A stretch of DNA of 64,000 nt. Source: Octopus vulgaris. Lineage: Eukaryota. Below are positions 52,928 through 64,000 of the stretch, one piece after another. How positions within the stretch are numbered: position 1 is the stretch's first letter; each line of letters begins with the position of its first letter. The notes beneath the pieces are model-generated. The model did not search any database. It saw nothing but the letters and a program-made list of their open reading frames with translations, and was not told the origin of the DNA. The stretch lies in assembly GCA_951406725.2 (NCBI GenBank), contig OX597817.1, forward strand, positions 33,976,001 to 34,040,000, given 5' to 3'. The position numbers and the translations under genes were made by a program.

Positions 52928-53521
52928 ACATATCTCTATGAGATATTTAGAAATTTAATATTTCTTATTTTATATTGTTGTTTGAAATATTATTTCATTA
53001 ATTTTTTTATGAACATTAGTGTTATTATCAACTCCGTCATATTTTTGTAAATGTAAACTTTATGCTATAATTGCTGTTATTTTTATCCTGTGTTGTACTG
53101 TCAAGCCTCTTGTTCTGTTTTGATCTGTTGCAATCAACTTAATCTTCTTAATGGAATAAAAAAAAAAAGAATCTATTGATAACATTTGTCATTATCTTTA
53201 TCACTAATCTTGATATATTTTGTTATCATCATTTATTTTGTTAAAAATGCTTTCATTTATCTAATTCCACTAGATCAAGATATATAGAGATAACTACATT
53301 ACATCTTTTATTGTAATATATTATAGCCGACCCATGTATTTTCACAACAGTGATATTATTCAATTTGGTAATACATTAAAGTTTACATCTCCTATGTCAT
53401 TAATAAAGTCATACTCAAAATGAAAACTGATTATGTTTCTGAATTAAAAAAAAAATTTTTTTTATCAGTTCTGAAAACTCTAATGCATTCTTAATTTGGA
53501 TGTCATTTTACTATTATAATA

Positions 53522-53775
53522 AATAAATGCACCCTTTTAAAGCCTAGCCAGGCTCATAGGCCCGATTTCCCGGTTTCTATGGCACATGTGTTCCCCAGCT
53601 GGACAAGACGCCAGTCCATCGCAGCATTACTCAATTTTGCCAGCTGAGTGGACTGGAGCAACGTGAAATTAAGTGTTTTGCTCAAGAACACAATGCGTCG
53701 CCTGGTCCAGGAATCGAAACCACAATCTTATGATCATGGTGCTGACACCTTAACCACTAAGCCACGTGCCTCCAC
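53522..53775 (-). mobile_element. tRNA-derived SINE related to family D
   Basis: Homologous to 37112-37355. Confidence 0.85.
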
Positions 53776-53976
53776 CATTTTACTATTAATATAATTTTTC
53801 ACATAAATCGAGTAAATTATTGTGAATTCATTTTTGCAAAAATGGCAGCTCATAAACTTGGTAATGGTCCCTTTAAGCCAAGTAGTTTTGTTGCATTTTG
53901 GTTCAATATATTGAAGCAATGGCACTGTTTTCATAGGACTGGTACGGATATGCAATTTTGATTTCATACATATAAT

Positions 53977-54441
53977 CAAAATTGAACCAAATTCGATGAC
54001 TGGCACCCATGCCAGTGGAGCGCTAACAGCTCCATCCAAGCGGGATCACTGCCAGAGCAGCTGTCCGGCATGTAAAGAGCACCATTTGAGCGTGATCGTT
54101 GTCAGCGTCGCCTCACTGGCTCTTGTGGCGGTGGCATGTGAACGAAACTTTTGAGCGAGATCGTTGCCAGTGCTGCTGGACTGACTCCTGTGCAGGTGGC
54201 ACGTAAAAAACACCATTTTCGAGCGTGGCCGTTGCCAGTATCGTCAGACTGGCTCTCGTGCCGGTGGCACTTTAAAAGCACCCACTACAGTCTCGGAGTG
54301 GTTGGCGTTAGGAAGGGCATCCAGCTGTAGAAACTCTGCCAGATCAAGATTGGAGCCTGGCGCAACCATCTGGTTCACCAGTCCCCAGTCAAATCGTCCA
54401 ACCCATGCTAGCATGGAAAGCGGACGTTAAACGATGATGAA
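53977..54441 (+). mobile_element. Family A RTE 3' UTR
   Basis: Collinear with 421-931. Confidence 0.85.
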
Positions 54442-55012
54442 TCACATCATATTTCTTTCCATTTATATTATGCTTACAAAATTTGTAATGGGCCAAATGA
54501 ATATTTCTTTCAAATTTCCCTAATCAATTTTCATAAAAAGAAAGTTTCGTCTCAGAGGTTCCAAAAATTAGTAGCTTAACCATTTAGCATTTAAACTGGC
54601 CTTATCTGATCCCAGTATTTTCCCTGTTTTTTTTTTTTTTGAGAATCTCTAATAATTCACCAAATCCACTGCCATAACTTCAATGGTATATTATGGTCCT
54701 GTAGGTAGAATTATCTTGATATATGTTATTAAATAAATGAGCAAAGAGAATATTAAGAATATGCTCTACTTGTTGGAAGTATGTTCTACAATTCCAGCCT
54801 GTTTGGAAGCTGCTGCTTTTTCTTTTGTCATTTCCTGTTAATTGAGATTAATATAGGAAAATATAATAATTGATAATTAATGATGTATCCCTTGTTATAA
54901 AGTTACTGAAACTTAATATATATATTGAAAATTGAAGTGTACTGAATAAACATACTTGAATATTAATTGTATATTACATACAGTTAATGTATTTTATAAC
55001 GTGAACTTTTAA

Positions 55013-55490
55013 GCTAGCTCCTACTGAGGGCTAATTGGGCCTGCAGCCCCAAACTTAAGGGAGCTAAATAGCATAACTATAATTCGTCTATAATGACTAT
55101 ATGCCCCGGTGGTGTTTGATCAGAGGTTAAGGATGGATGAGAAGAGAATTAATTCTGTGATGCAGTCATTCTCTTGTTCTAGTCCCAAGTTGAATTCCAA
55201 CTGTTAAGCAAATTTGCCCTAAAGTTCTTATAGACGTAAAATTAACGAAGCAAATGTCATTTATATCTCCCCCTTGATCTCTGACGTCATCTGACAAACA
55301 CCACCAAATTGGTAAATCAGCCATGCTTTACCTGCTAGAAGTAGCAACCCAAATGCTTTTAAATCAGATCCCAATGCTGGATGTTCAAGAACCAAATGAA
55401 GGGCAAATTTTCAATCCCAGGATCATTCCAGTTCCAAAGAGGTATATGTCTATGTAGAGAAAATGTAGGCCCAGGAGTCCCAGATGGACA
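55013..55490 (+). ncRNA. Candidate large structured RNA with three kissing-loop helices, class unknown
   Basis: About ten local stems plus loop-loop pairings 55035-44/55465-74, 55085-93/55228-36 and 55210-20/55400-10. G-U pairs favour the + strand. Confidence 0.6.
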
Positions 55491-56007
55491 GGCAGACTTT
55501 CACTTTTATTATTATAAATTGTTAATTTATTACTCATAGTTTCTTTACTTTGGAACCTCTGAGACAAAACTTCTTTACTTTATATATCACTTATGTCTGC
55601 CATATCCACTAACTTTTTAAAACTTATATTGCATTTTGAGAACAATAGCATCATTGGTTGTAAGATTTACTATAGACCAGTCACTAATTCAATGTATTTA
55701 TGATCATGGGAGTGGCAAGGAAGCGTCTGTGTAACTCGTGTAACAAATACCACACAAGGTCTTTTTGTTTGAAATAGTTGGGTTTTCTATTATCTAGCTG
55801 ATATTTTTCATTGAAGTTTATGGGTGAAAGGACATGCAATGTATGCACATGATAGTCTTCCTGATACCTTACTGCATTCACAGAACTGGTTAACCTTGGC
55901 TATTTGTAAAACACACTTACCAAAGGTGCATCACTGTGGAATTGAACTTGGCTCTAAGTGGATTTGAAACGAACTTCTTAGCTCATCTGAAATCATCATT
56001 GGTTACA

Positions 56008-56171
56008 TTTACTCTTTTACTTGTTCCAGTCATTTGACTGCGGCCATGCTGGAGCACCGCCTTTAGTCGAGCAAATTGACCCCGGGACTTATTCTTTGTA
56101 AGCCCAGTACTTATTCTATCGGTCTCTTTTGCCGAACCAGCATCGGTTGTCAAGCAATGCTAGGGGGACAA

Positions 56172-56205
<34 letters not shown>

Positions 56206-56383
56206 ATATATACATATATACGACAGGCTTCTTTCAGTTTCTGTCTACCAAATCCACTCACAAGGCATTGGTCGGCCCGGGGCTATAGCAGAAGACACTT
56301 GCCCAAGATGCCATGCAGTGGGACTGAACCCGGAACCATGTGGTTGATTAGCAAGCTACTTACCACACAGCCACTCCTGCGCC
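56008..56383 (-). mobile_element. Family B SINE, young, with internal deletion
   Basis: Lacks the GCTAAGTGACGGGGACGTAAACAC segment seen in the 22522-22898 copy. Confidence 0.9.
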
Positions 56384-56699
56384 TACTAAAGAATTATTAA
56401 AAAGAATATGATGTTTATTACATCATATTCCTTTGATGGAAAAGAAAAAAATAAACATCTACGTAATTCCCGATTTAAAGATATATTTATTTTTTGTTGA
56501 CATGAAATCATTTGTTATATTTGAGTTTTCAAAGACACAGAGTTTATGCTTAGTTTTAACCAAAATTTAATAATCAATACTTCTAGCATGGTTACCTTGT
56601 AATTAAAAACAAAATAAAATATTTTTAATGAAACCGTTTCTCGGTAATTTTTTTTCAATAATGCAGGTTCTAACTTGTACCATTCTTTCTGTACTGCAG

Positions 56700-56781
56700 C
56701 ATATAATGATTTCCTGCATTTAAAAGTTCCTCAATTCTGTTTTGATTTAATGATCTGCCATAAATTATCAATATGGTTCAG
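56700..56781 (+). other. Candidate 82-nt exon
   Basis: Branch-like TTCTAAC, ttctttctgtactgcag acceptor, CAG|gtcagg donor; one open frame, not recognised. Confidence 0.25.
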
Positions 56782-57782
56782 GTCAGGAGACTGTCCAACC
56801 AAAATAAAATCTCATGATTTTGGAGAAATATTGTGATTAATTTAAGAGAGAACGATCAGTAGCTTTATCATCTGAGTTGTACTGCCTGTCTGGGTTGACT
56901 TAGCTTTTATCAAGCTAATTCAGAAGAGAGAGGCTTTTGTAAGCTTTTCTCCTATTATCTTGTAGTAACTATGGCGTAATATTATGTGTATGTACTTTAA
57001 AAAGTGCTCAGGGCACTTTGAATCATAGCAAGGGGGTGTTGAAAAAGTGTTTGAAATAAAAGAGGGTTGATGGTTAAAATAGGTTTGATAGGCTCTAAGA
57101 TGTTAAGGTGTGATATGAGGAAAGTTGGTTGCTATTTTTAGCAGATTTAACCACCAGGCTATTCCCCTTCCCCCTGGCTGCTATCACTTTTTCTTAATTT
57201 TGATACTTTACAGATAGTATTAATAGCATTTCCAACTTAATATTCTTTTTCAGCTTTTTCTTTTGTTATTCTTGTAGCCATGACCTTTTATCATGATATG
57301 AAAGAATCCTTCCTTTCTTGGAAGGCGGAAAATATTTATTTCCTTTGTGGAGAGCTAACAAACCTAAAATAGATAGAGACCTTCTACTGTTTATTCAGAA
57401 CAAAAACAAATTAACAAATGTTAATGAAAAGGGAAGAGGTCATACAAGAACTATAACAAAGGAACAAGATTCAGGTTATGGAAATAAAGGAATGAAATAC
57501 GAAACAATAAATTTATCAAATAAAAAAGAAAAAATAGAGAACCTCAATACAGTATTAATTAAAAAAGTAACAAAACACTTTGGTTTCCTCTGCAACTATT
57601 GTATATATTTTTTATTGAATTTTGTAGGTGTTTGATTTAAAAAAACAAAAACAAAGCAAGACTGAGTTTACACGTACACATAGATATAATACAGAGATAT
57701 AGTTAATCATGTTGCATATGGGTTTGGGGTTTAAATTTGAATTTAGCGAAGAGAGTCTTACGAGCTCTGGTGTAGATTGATT

Positions 57783-58222
57783 ACCGTAAATCCCTGAATA
57801 TAATCCGCATTTTTTCCCCAAAATTTAACGGTCAAAATCCCTGGTGCGTATTATACACGAGGTTAAAAATGAAAATTATTTTCTAAGCAATGTTCGAGTC
57901 TCTATTTGCTGTCCGGCAATGTTTATTTAGACGCATTTTGTGATGTTGGGCACGAAAATACCTTAAGCTAAGCCTGAAAGCAATGAAATCATAAAAGAAT
58001 CATCCTTAATTTCTGCAAACAAAATGCACAAAAAAGCTACTCGTTTGCATTACGTTATATATACAATAATAATAAAGTACGTTACCATATACAATTTTAC
58101 AAACCAATGACGTTATATAGACCTCCATGACTCAAGTTAGAGAAGGGGTGTGTATTATACACAAGGTTTAGGTTTTTCAGAGGTACAGCTCCCTAAAAAT
58201 CCCCTGTGTATCATACTCAAGG
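57783..58222. mobile_element. Tc1/mariner-pogo-type non-autonomous element (partial)
   Basis: TACCGTAAATCCCTGAATATAATCCGC start; repeated GTGYGTATTATACAC subterminal motifs. Confidence 0.55.
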
Positions 58223-58902
58223 GCATTTAAACCAGCCACATCCAACCCAAAATATTCCACCTGTTTTACATTCAAACTGACTTGATCCAGCCTCTCACAC
58301 CTATCCTACAATCTCATTCTAAAAATAAACCATCACATCATTGAAATCTTGAAATTACATGATAATGCATGATTAATTCAAAACAATATGAATAAAAAGA
58401 GATTACATTTGACAGTAACCTGAATCCTAAAGAATTAAGTAACAACCAAAGCTGTCAGCTCAATCCTCATTCCAATCTGCTGGAAATGCTTCCGTGAGTC
58501 TAATTTCATAGTGAGACAAAACACACAGGAATATGAATCCATTTTCAAAATCTGTTACCAAATTTGCATTTTTTGTCTCTGAAAATAATAATCTTCCATG
58601 CTGGGTTCCACCTATTTGGTTACGCCCAAACACCATTTCAACTTCCTCAAACTCTCTGTTTGGTCATGCAGAGTTATTAAGTTTCATTGAATCTCTCAAT
58701 TATCAAAAATTTTGATAATTTAAAAATCCTTAAGCTGTAATATAATCAGTTGTTGGAATGTTGTAATTGAGTGCTGTTAAGCATTTCCTCAAAGTTATGT
58801 TGGAATGCCTAGAAATTTTGCAGAAATTCATTTCAGACCTTTTACTCAAAATTTTAGATACAATCTAATTTAAAAGTATATTTTTACTTCTATTTCAAGC
58901 AT

Positions 58903-59438
58903 CTTTTATCTTTTACTTGTTTCAGTCATTAGATTGTGGCTGTGCTGGGGCTCCACTTTGAAGAATTTTTAGTTGACCAAGTGAACCCCTGTACTTTTTT
59001 TTAAGCCGGATTCTATCAGTTTCCTTTGCTGAACTGCTAAGTTACAGGGATGTAAAGACACTAACACTGGTTGTCAAGCAGTGGTGGAGGGACAAACACA
59101 GAGGCACATACATTGACTTATATGTATGTATATGTATATATATATGTATATGTACATGTATGCAGCGCTATGCGTGTGGCAAGTTTTCTACGGCCGGATG
59201 CCCTTCCTGACGCCAACCCCCACCTGTTGCCAAATATATATATATATATATATATACATACATACATACATACGGCACGTAAAAAGCACCCACTACACTC
59301 ACAGAGTGGTTGGCGTTAGGAAGGGCATTCAGCTGTAGGAACACTGCCAGATCAGACTGGAACCTGGTGCAGCCCCTGGCTTCCCAGACCCCGGTCGAAC
59401 CATCCAACCCATGCTAGCACGGAAAACGGACGTTAAAC

Positions 59439-59471
<33 letters not shown>

Positions 59472-59481
59472 ATACACACAC

Positions 59482-59541
<60 letters not shown>

Positions 59542-59742
59542 ACTGGCCCTCATGCTGGTGGCATGTAAAAGCACCCACTACACTCTCAGAGTTGTTGGCG
59601 TTAGGAAGGGCCTCCAGCTGTAGAAACTCTGCTAGATCAGATTGGAGCCTGGTGCAGCCATCTGGCTCAACAGTCTTCAATCAAACCGTCCAACCCATGC
59701 CAGCATGGAAAGCAGACACGTTAAACAATGATAATGGTGATG

Positions 59743-59745
<3 letters not shown>
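58903..59745. mobile_element. Patchwork of family B and family A fragments joined at TA/TACA runs
   Basis: B 3' half (-) at 58903-59100; A tails at 59270-59470 and 59540-59745. Confidence 0.75.
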
Positions 59746-59777
<32 letters not shown>

Positions 59778-59789
59778 GAGGTGAGCATA

Positions 59790-60056
59790 TAAGTGCAAAT
59801 CAATGTGGGAAAAATAGTACTTGAATAATGAAGGTAGAATAATATGCTATTATTAAAACTGCGAAATTATCACAAAATTATTACTCAGAGTTTCACATTC
59901 CCATTCATTGGACAGTTGCGATGAAAACAGGAATATGAATCTATGTTCAAAATCCGTAACCGAATCTGCATTTGTGTTATCACAACTGCCAGACAAATGG
60001 GAATGTGAAAATCTGAGTAACTGTTTTGTGATAATTTTGCAGCTTTAATAAAAGTG
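59790..60056. mobile_element. Family G palindromic Penelope-derived element, older
   Basis: Inverted arms ~59850-59930 and ~59975-60055. Confidence 0.6.
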
Positions 60057-60224
60057 TATATATGATGGGCTTTCAGTTTCAGTCTACCAAATCCACTCAC
60101 AAGGCTTTAGTTGGCTCAAGAGTATAGTATAAGACACTTGCCTAAGATGTCGCACACTGGGAATGAACCCAGAACCATATGCAGTTTGGATGCAAACTTC
60201 TTATCACATAGCCATGCCGGTGTC

Positions 60225-60283
<59 letters not shown>

Positions 60284-60285
<2 letters not shown>

Positions 60286-60505
60286 GGAGTAAACACATAA
60301 ATGTGAAACAAGGTGGAAAAAAGAGTACTCAAATACAAGTGGTAGAGTAATATGCTTTATTTAAAGCAGCAGAAAATTCAACAAAACCTGTTACTCTGAG
60401 TTTCACGTTCCTGTTCATCGGACAGTAGCAAAAACTGTCCGACGAACGTGAAACTCAGAGTAACAGGTTTTGTTGAATTTTCTGCTGCTTTAAATAAAGT
60501 ATATA
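60284..60505. mobile_element. Family G palindromic Penelope-derived element with two inverted hammerhead-like motifs
   Basis: ~60-bp near-perfect inverted arms; CCGAUGA/CCGACGA ... GAAACUCAGAGUA on both strands. Confidence 0.7.
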
Positions 60506-60736
60506 TGTATATATTCGACAACGACCTCGAACCCACAAGAGTAAACAAGAGAGACAGAGACAGCAGAAACAAGGAAAATGCCACTTATATTCTTTTAAAA
60601 AAACTTTTCTTTTAATTTTTCTAAATTTAATTATTTAATTGTTACAGTTGAAAAAGTCTCAATGACTGAAACCGGTACTGAAATGTTCTTTATAAAATCA
60701 TTTTAGCATTTTCTATCCTCACTTGTTTTTTCATAA

Positions 60737-60792
<56 letters not shown>

Positions 60793-61149
60793 GGTGTGTG
60801 ATTTCACATCTTGCGATATCTCTGGCTTGACTGGTTTGGTAAGTTAATGGTCTTTTAGGACAAGTAAAACACCAGTACTAAAAGTGAATTATATATGATC
60901 AATAATAAAAGTGATGTCATACTTTTGGAATTTCTGTTAATTGTCCATCCTAAAGGCAAGTGGGCTGATTCTTTAAACAGAACATCTATAAGATGAATAA
61001 GTTGTTAAGTAATAAAGTATGTACAAAGCCACAATAAATAAAAGCCTTTCCTTCCTATATCTTTTGGGTGGGGTTAGTTTGTATCCTATCTGCAGAGTTA
61101 CACAGGAACTTTTGTCAAAGAATCCAACTCTACTTTAGTATATCTAGAT

Positions 61150-61735
61150 CAGTGGTTCTCCACTGGATTCCAGATGGCTATTAGGGGATCCCATAAGGTA
61201 TTGTTGTTAAAGCTTGTGAACAATAAATTGGTTATACTTGTACAATGTGAAGGCTCAGTGGTTAGAGTGTCGAACTTACGATCGTGAGGTTGTGAGCTCG
61301 AATCCCGGACCGGGCTGCGTGTTGTGTTCTTGAGCAAGACACTTTATTTCACGTTGCTCCAGTTAACTCAGCTGTAGAAATGAGTTGCGACGTCACGGGT
61401 GCCAAGCTGTATCGGCCCCTTTGCCTTTCCCTTGGATAACACTGGTGGCGTGGAGTGGGGAGGCCGGTATGCATGGGCGACTGCTGGTCTTCCATAAAAC
61501 CACCTTGCCCAGACTTGTGACTAGGAGGGTAACTTTCTTGGTGCAATCCCATGGTCAGTATCGTGACTGAAGGGGGTCCCAGAATCCCAGAAACTTGTAC
61601 AATATGCAAAATATTTTAACAATTTTTTAAACATAGTCTCTAATAATATTCAATTATTAAAATGTAACAGGGTTTCCAGAAGAATAAAATAGGAATCAAA
61701 GGAGACCATAAGCAAAAAATGGTCAAGAATCACTG
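61150..61735. mobile_element. hAT-Charlie-type MITE containing a SINE
   Basis: TSD ATCTAGAT/TTCTAGAT; CAGTGGTTCT...AGAATCACTG termini. Confidence 0.8.
61247..61592 (+). mobile_element. Family D SINE
   Basis: TSD ACTTGTACAAT (61236-61246, 61593-61603). Confidence 0.9.
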
Positions 61736-61835
61736 TTCTAGATAAATATTAAAATTATCTTTAGTATCTAAATGTTTCAGGTAAGTTATTGTTAATGCAA
61801 TTATAATTTCTTGGACTTGTTTTTAGAGTTTTAAA

Positions 61836-61940
<105 letters not shown>

Positions 61941-62636
61941 ATGTACACTTGTATACTACATGTGATTTAACTTAATCTCCAAATAATATAAAGTATTTTT
62001 TATTCCTAGATGTGTACATTGTTCACAACAAAATTTGAACCTAGAACCTATATTTCTAAAATAAGGGTTATGACTTGATAATCATTTTAAAACATTATAA
62101 ACTGAAATTGTGGCAGAATATAATTACACATTTTTATTTTCAAGTATCGAGTTACAAAACTTCAAGAACACCAATTTCATTAACTTCACCAGTCTGGAAA
62201 AATCTTCATAAGTTATAATAATAATAATAATAAAACATTGTGTACAGTGCTCAGGTGCACTACAACTCATCTAAAGTGTATGTATAGTACATAGGGTAAT
62301 GTACAAGCGTCAGGGAAAGAACAGTGCATGAGTCATGACATACACATATGTGTATGAGTATGCGCACAAAGCTTTTTCTTTGGACTACAGAATAAAAGAA
62401 AGAAAGAAAGAGAGAGAGAAAGAGAATCATGTTAAGCTACTCATCTCAGTTGTCTTTCAGGAATATTATGTTCAATTATTCAAATATAGGTTTACATCTG
62501 TAGATTATTAGTATAGAAATGTAGTAAACTTTCCATTTTTGATTACCCTCATTCAAAGCATTCTCTGTAGCATATACTATTTCTCTATGTTGTAAGAGTA
62601 ATATATTCATTTGTTGATATTAAGGTGTAAGAGTAA

Positions 62637-63022
62637 GGCGGCGTGCTGGCTGAAGCATTAGCACGCTGGGCGAAATGTTTTGTGGTATTTCGTCTGCGGT
62701 TACGTTCTGAGTTCAAATTCCGCCGAGGTCGACTTTGCCTTTCATCCTTTAGGGGTCGATAAATTAAGTACCAGTTACACACTGAGGTCGATGTAATCGA
62801 CTTAATCCGTTTGTCTGTCCTTGTTTGTCCCCTCTATGTTTAGCCCCTTGTGGGCAATAAAGAAATAAGAATTGTTAGCATGCTGGGCAAAATGCTTAGT
62901 GGCATTTCATCCATCTTTGCAGTCTGAGTTCAAATTTTGCTGAGGTTGACTATCTTTCATCCTTTTGGAGTTTATGAAATAAGTGCCCCTCAAAACTGCT
63001 GGCCTTATGCCAAAATTTGAAA
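62637..63022 (+). mobile_element. Young family C SINE fused to an older C-type copy
   Basis: Second unit starts AGAATTGTTAGC at ~62868; outer repeat GATATTAAGGTGTAAG flanks both. Confidence 0.8.
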
Positions 63023-63129
63023 CTGATATTAAGGTGTAAGTGTGGTAAAGTGATCAATTTCAATGGAAACTCTTTGCTGTTGTGCTATTTCATTGTTGGG
63101 AAATGACGTAACAAACAATATAATCAAAT

Positions 63130-63310
63130 AATATAATCAAATGATTTCTAGCATCTGAGTATATTGGTGATCTTGAACACCACCAGACTGGATTGTAGTG
63201 ATGGCAAATACCCAGATGGGATGACCTATTTTCTATATACCTTTGGTCACTCTTTGGTCAAGGATGCAACTGTTACTGATACTTTTGGTGACAGTCACAT
63301 CTTGGAGGCT
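63130..63310 (+). mobile_element. CRE-like RLE endonuclease remnant
   Basis: LDCSDGKYPDGMTY...LVKDATVTDTFGDSH resembles the DGKRPDGxT...WDATxxDTxAxS motif. Confidence 0.6.
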
Positions 63311-63911
63311 ACAATCCACTTATTTTTCTTTTATCTCTTTTAGTGTCATGGTATAAAAGTATTGTACATTATATGTTTGTAGAGAAAAAGAAGAGATATC
63401 TTCAGACCATAGGCCTGGGTGGAATGCTGGTAATAGATTCTGTTGAAGGCATTCAAAGGCCAGTGTTAAGTTCCATGGAAATTAAGCAGCACTGGTTGTG
63501 ATAGAAACAAATATGTTGCTGGTAAATTGACAAAGGATTTTCTTAACACCGTTCAGACAAAGGTAGTTGAAGTAGGAGTGAAGCTGCTAAAAGTATTCAA
63601 AGCTTAGTGCTGAAGAAAGCACTAGGCTTCAAATGTCATCATCATTGAAGCAAAAATTCACTGAAAGGTCCAGTCCTTGTGACATGGTGACTTGTATACT
63701 TCAGTGACACTGAGAGCTATGCAAGTAGAGTGCAAGCTCCTGGTAGGGCCTCCTATGCTGGACAGAGACCACATTAATATGGATCACTTCTTTCCAGAGG
63801 TAAAAATGAGTTTGTATAGGGCCAACACACCTACCCAGAAAAAGACAGAAAAGTATCAAATACAATTCAAAACTGACAAGACCTGGTGGGAGAGATAGAA
63901 ATGACAGCCCA

Positions 63912-64000
63912 GGCGGTGAGCTGGCAGAAATGTTAGCACACCGGCAAAATGCTTAGCAGTATTTCGTCTGCCGTTACGTTCTGAGTTCAAATTCCGCAGA
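63912..64000 (+). mobile_element. Family C SINE head, cut by the window edge
   Basis: GGCGGTGAGCTGGCAGAAATG...GAGTTCAAATTCCGC. Confidence 0.85.

Noticed and set aside
54737-55457. Two short ORFs both containing MLYLLEV (54761, 55323) with four synonymous differences
   Set aside because: Both match the family F block GCTCGACTTGCTAGAAATA, the peptides diverge immediately afterwards, and the ORFs are under 45 codons. Ribosome profiling could reopen this.
55013-55510. Telomerase RNA, RNase P/MRP, H/ACA, HDV-like or pistol identity for the 55-kb fold
   Set aside because: Only CCCUAA with no 1.5-repeat template. Minus-strand GAAAGUCUG (~55494-502) has no CR-V partner. An ANANNA (55068-73) and ACA (55488-90) exist, but both overlap predicted stems and U17 m1/m2 motifs are missing. 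HDV and pistol topologies could not be completed. An Rfam scan is still needed.

Overview
AT-rich, microsatellite-dense eukaryotic DNA. The repeat landscape fits a coleoid cephalopod, most likely Octopus (inference from repeat types; no database was used). I can support no intact protein-coding gene: the ORF track is microsatellite read-through and dead retrotransposon fragments. Mobile DNA includes at least four tRNA-headed SINE families, RTE 3' ends, remnants of CR1/L2, L1-Tx1, Vingi/Ingi, R4/Dong and CRE LINEs, Penelope-derived inserts carrying hammerhead motifs, Helitrons, and hAT, Tc1/mariner, piggyBac-like and Merlin-like MITEs. Two CpG-retaining blocks (~23-27.4 kb, ~40.4-48.6 kb) and isolated splice signals suggest promoter(s) with long 5' introns, possibly divergent. 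The standout is a ~480-nt element at 55013-55490. By hand it folds on the + strand into about ten stems joined by three 9-11 bp loop-loop (kissing) helices, and it matches no ncRNA class I recognise. A shorter element at ~52.8 kb shares its motifs, and it has patchy similarity to an old dispersed repeat. All folds and alignments were done by eye; TE boundaries without a TSD are approximate.
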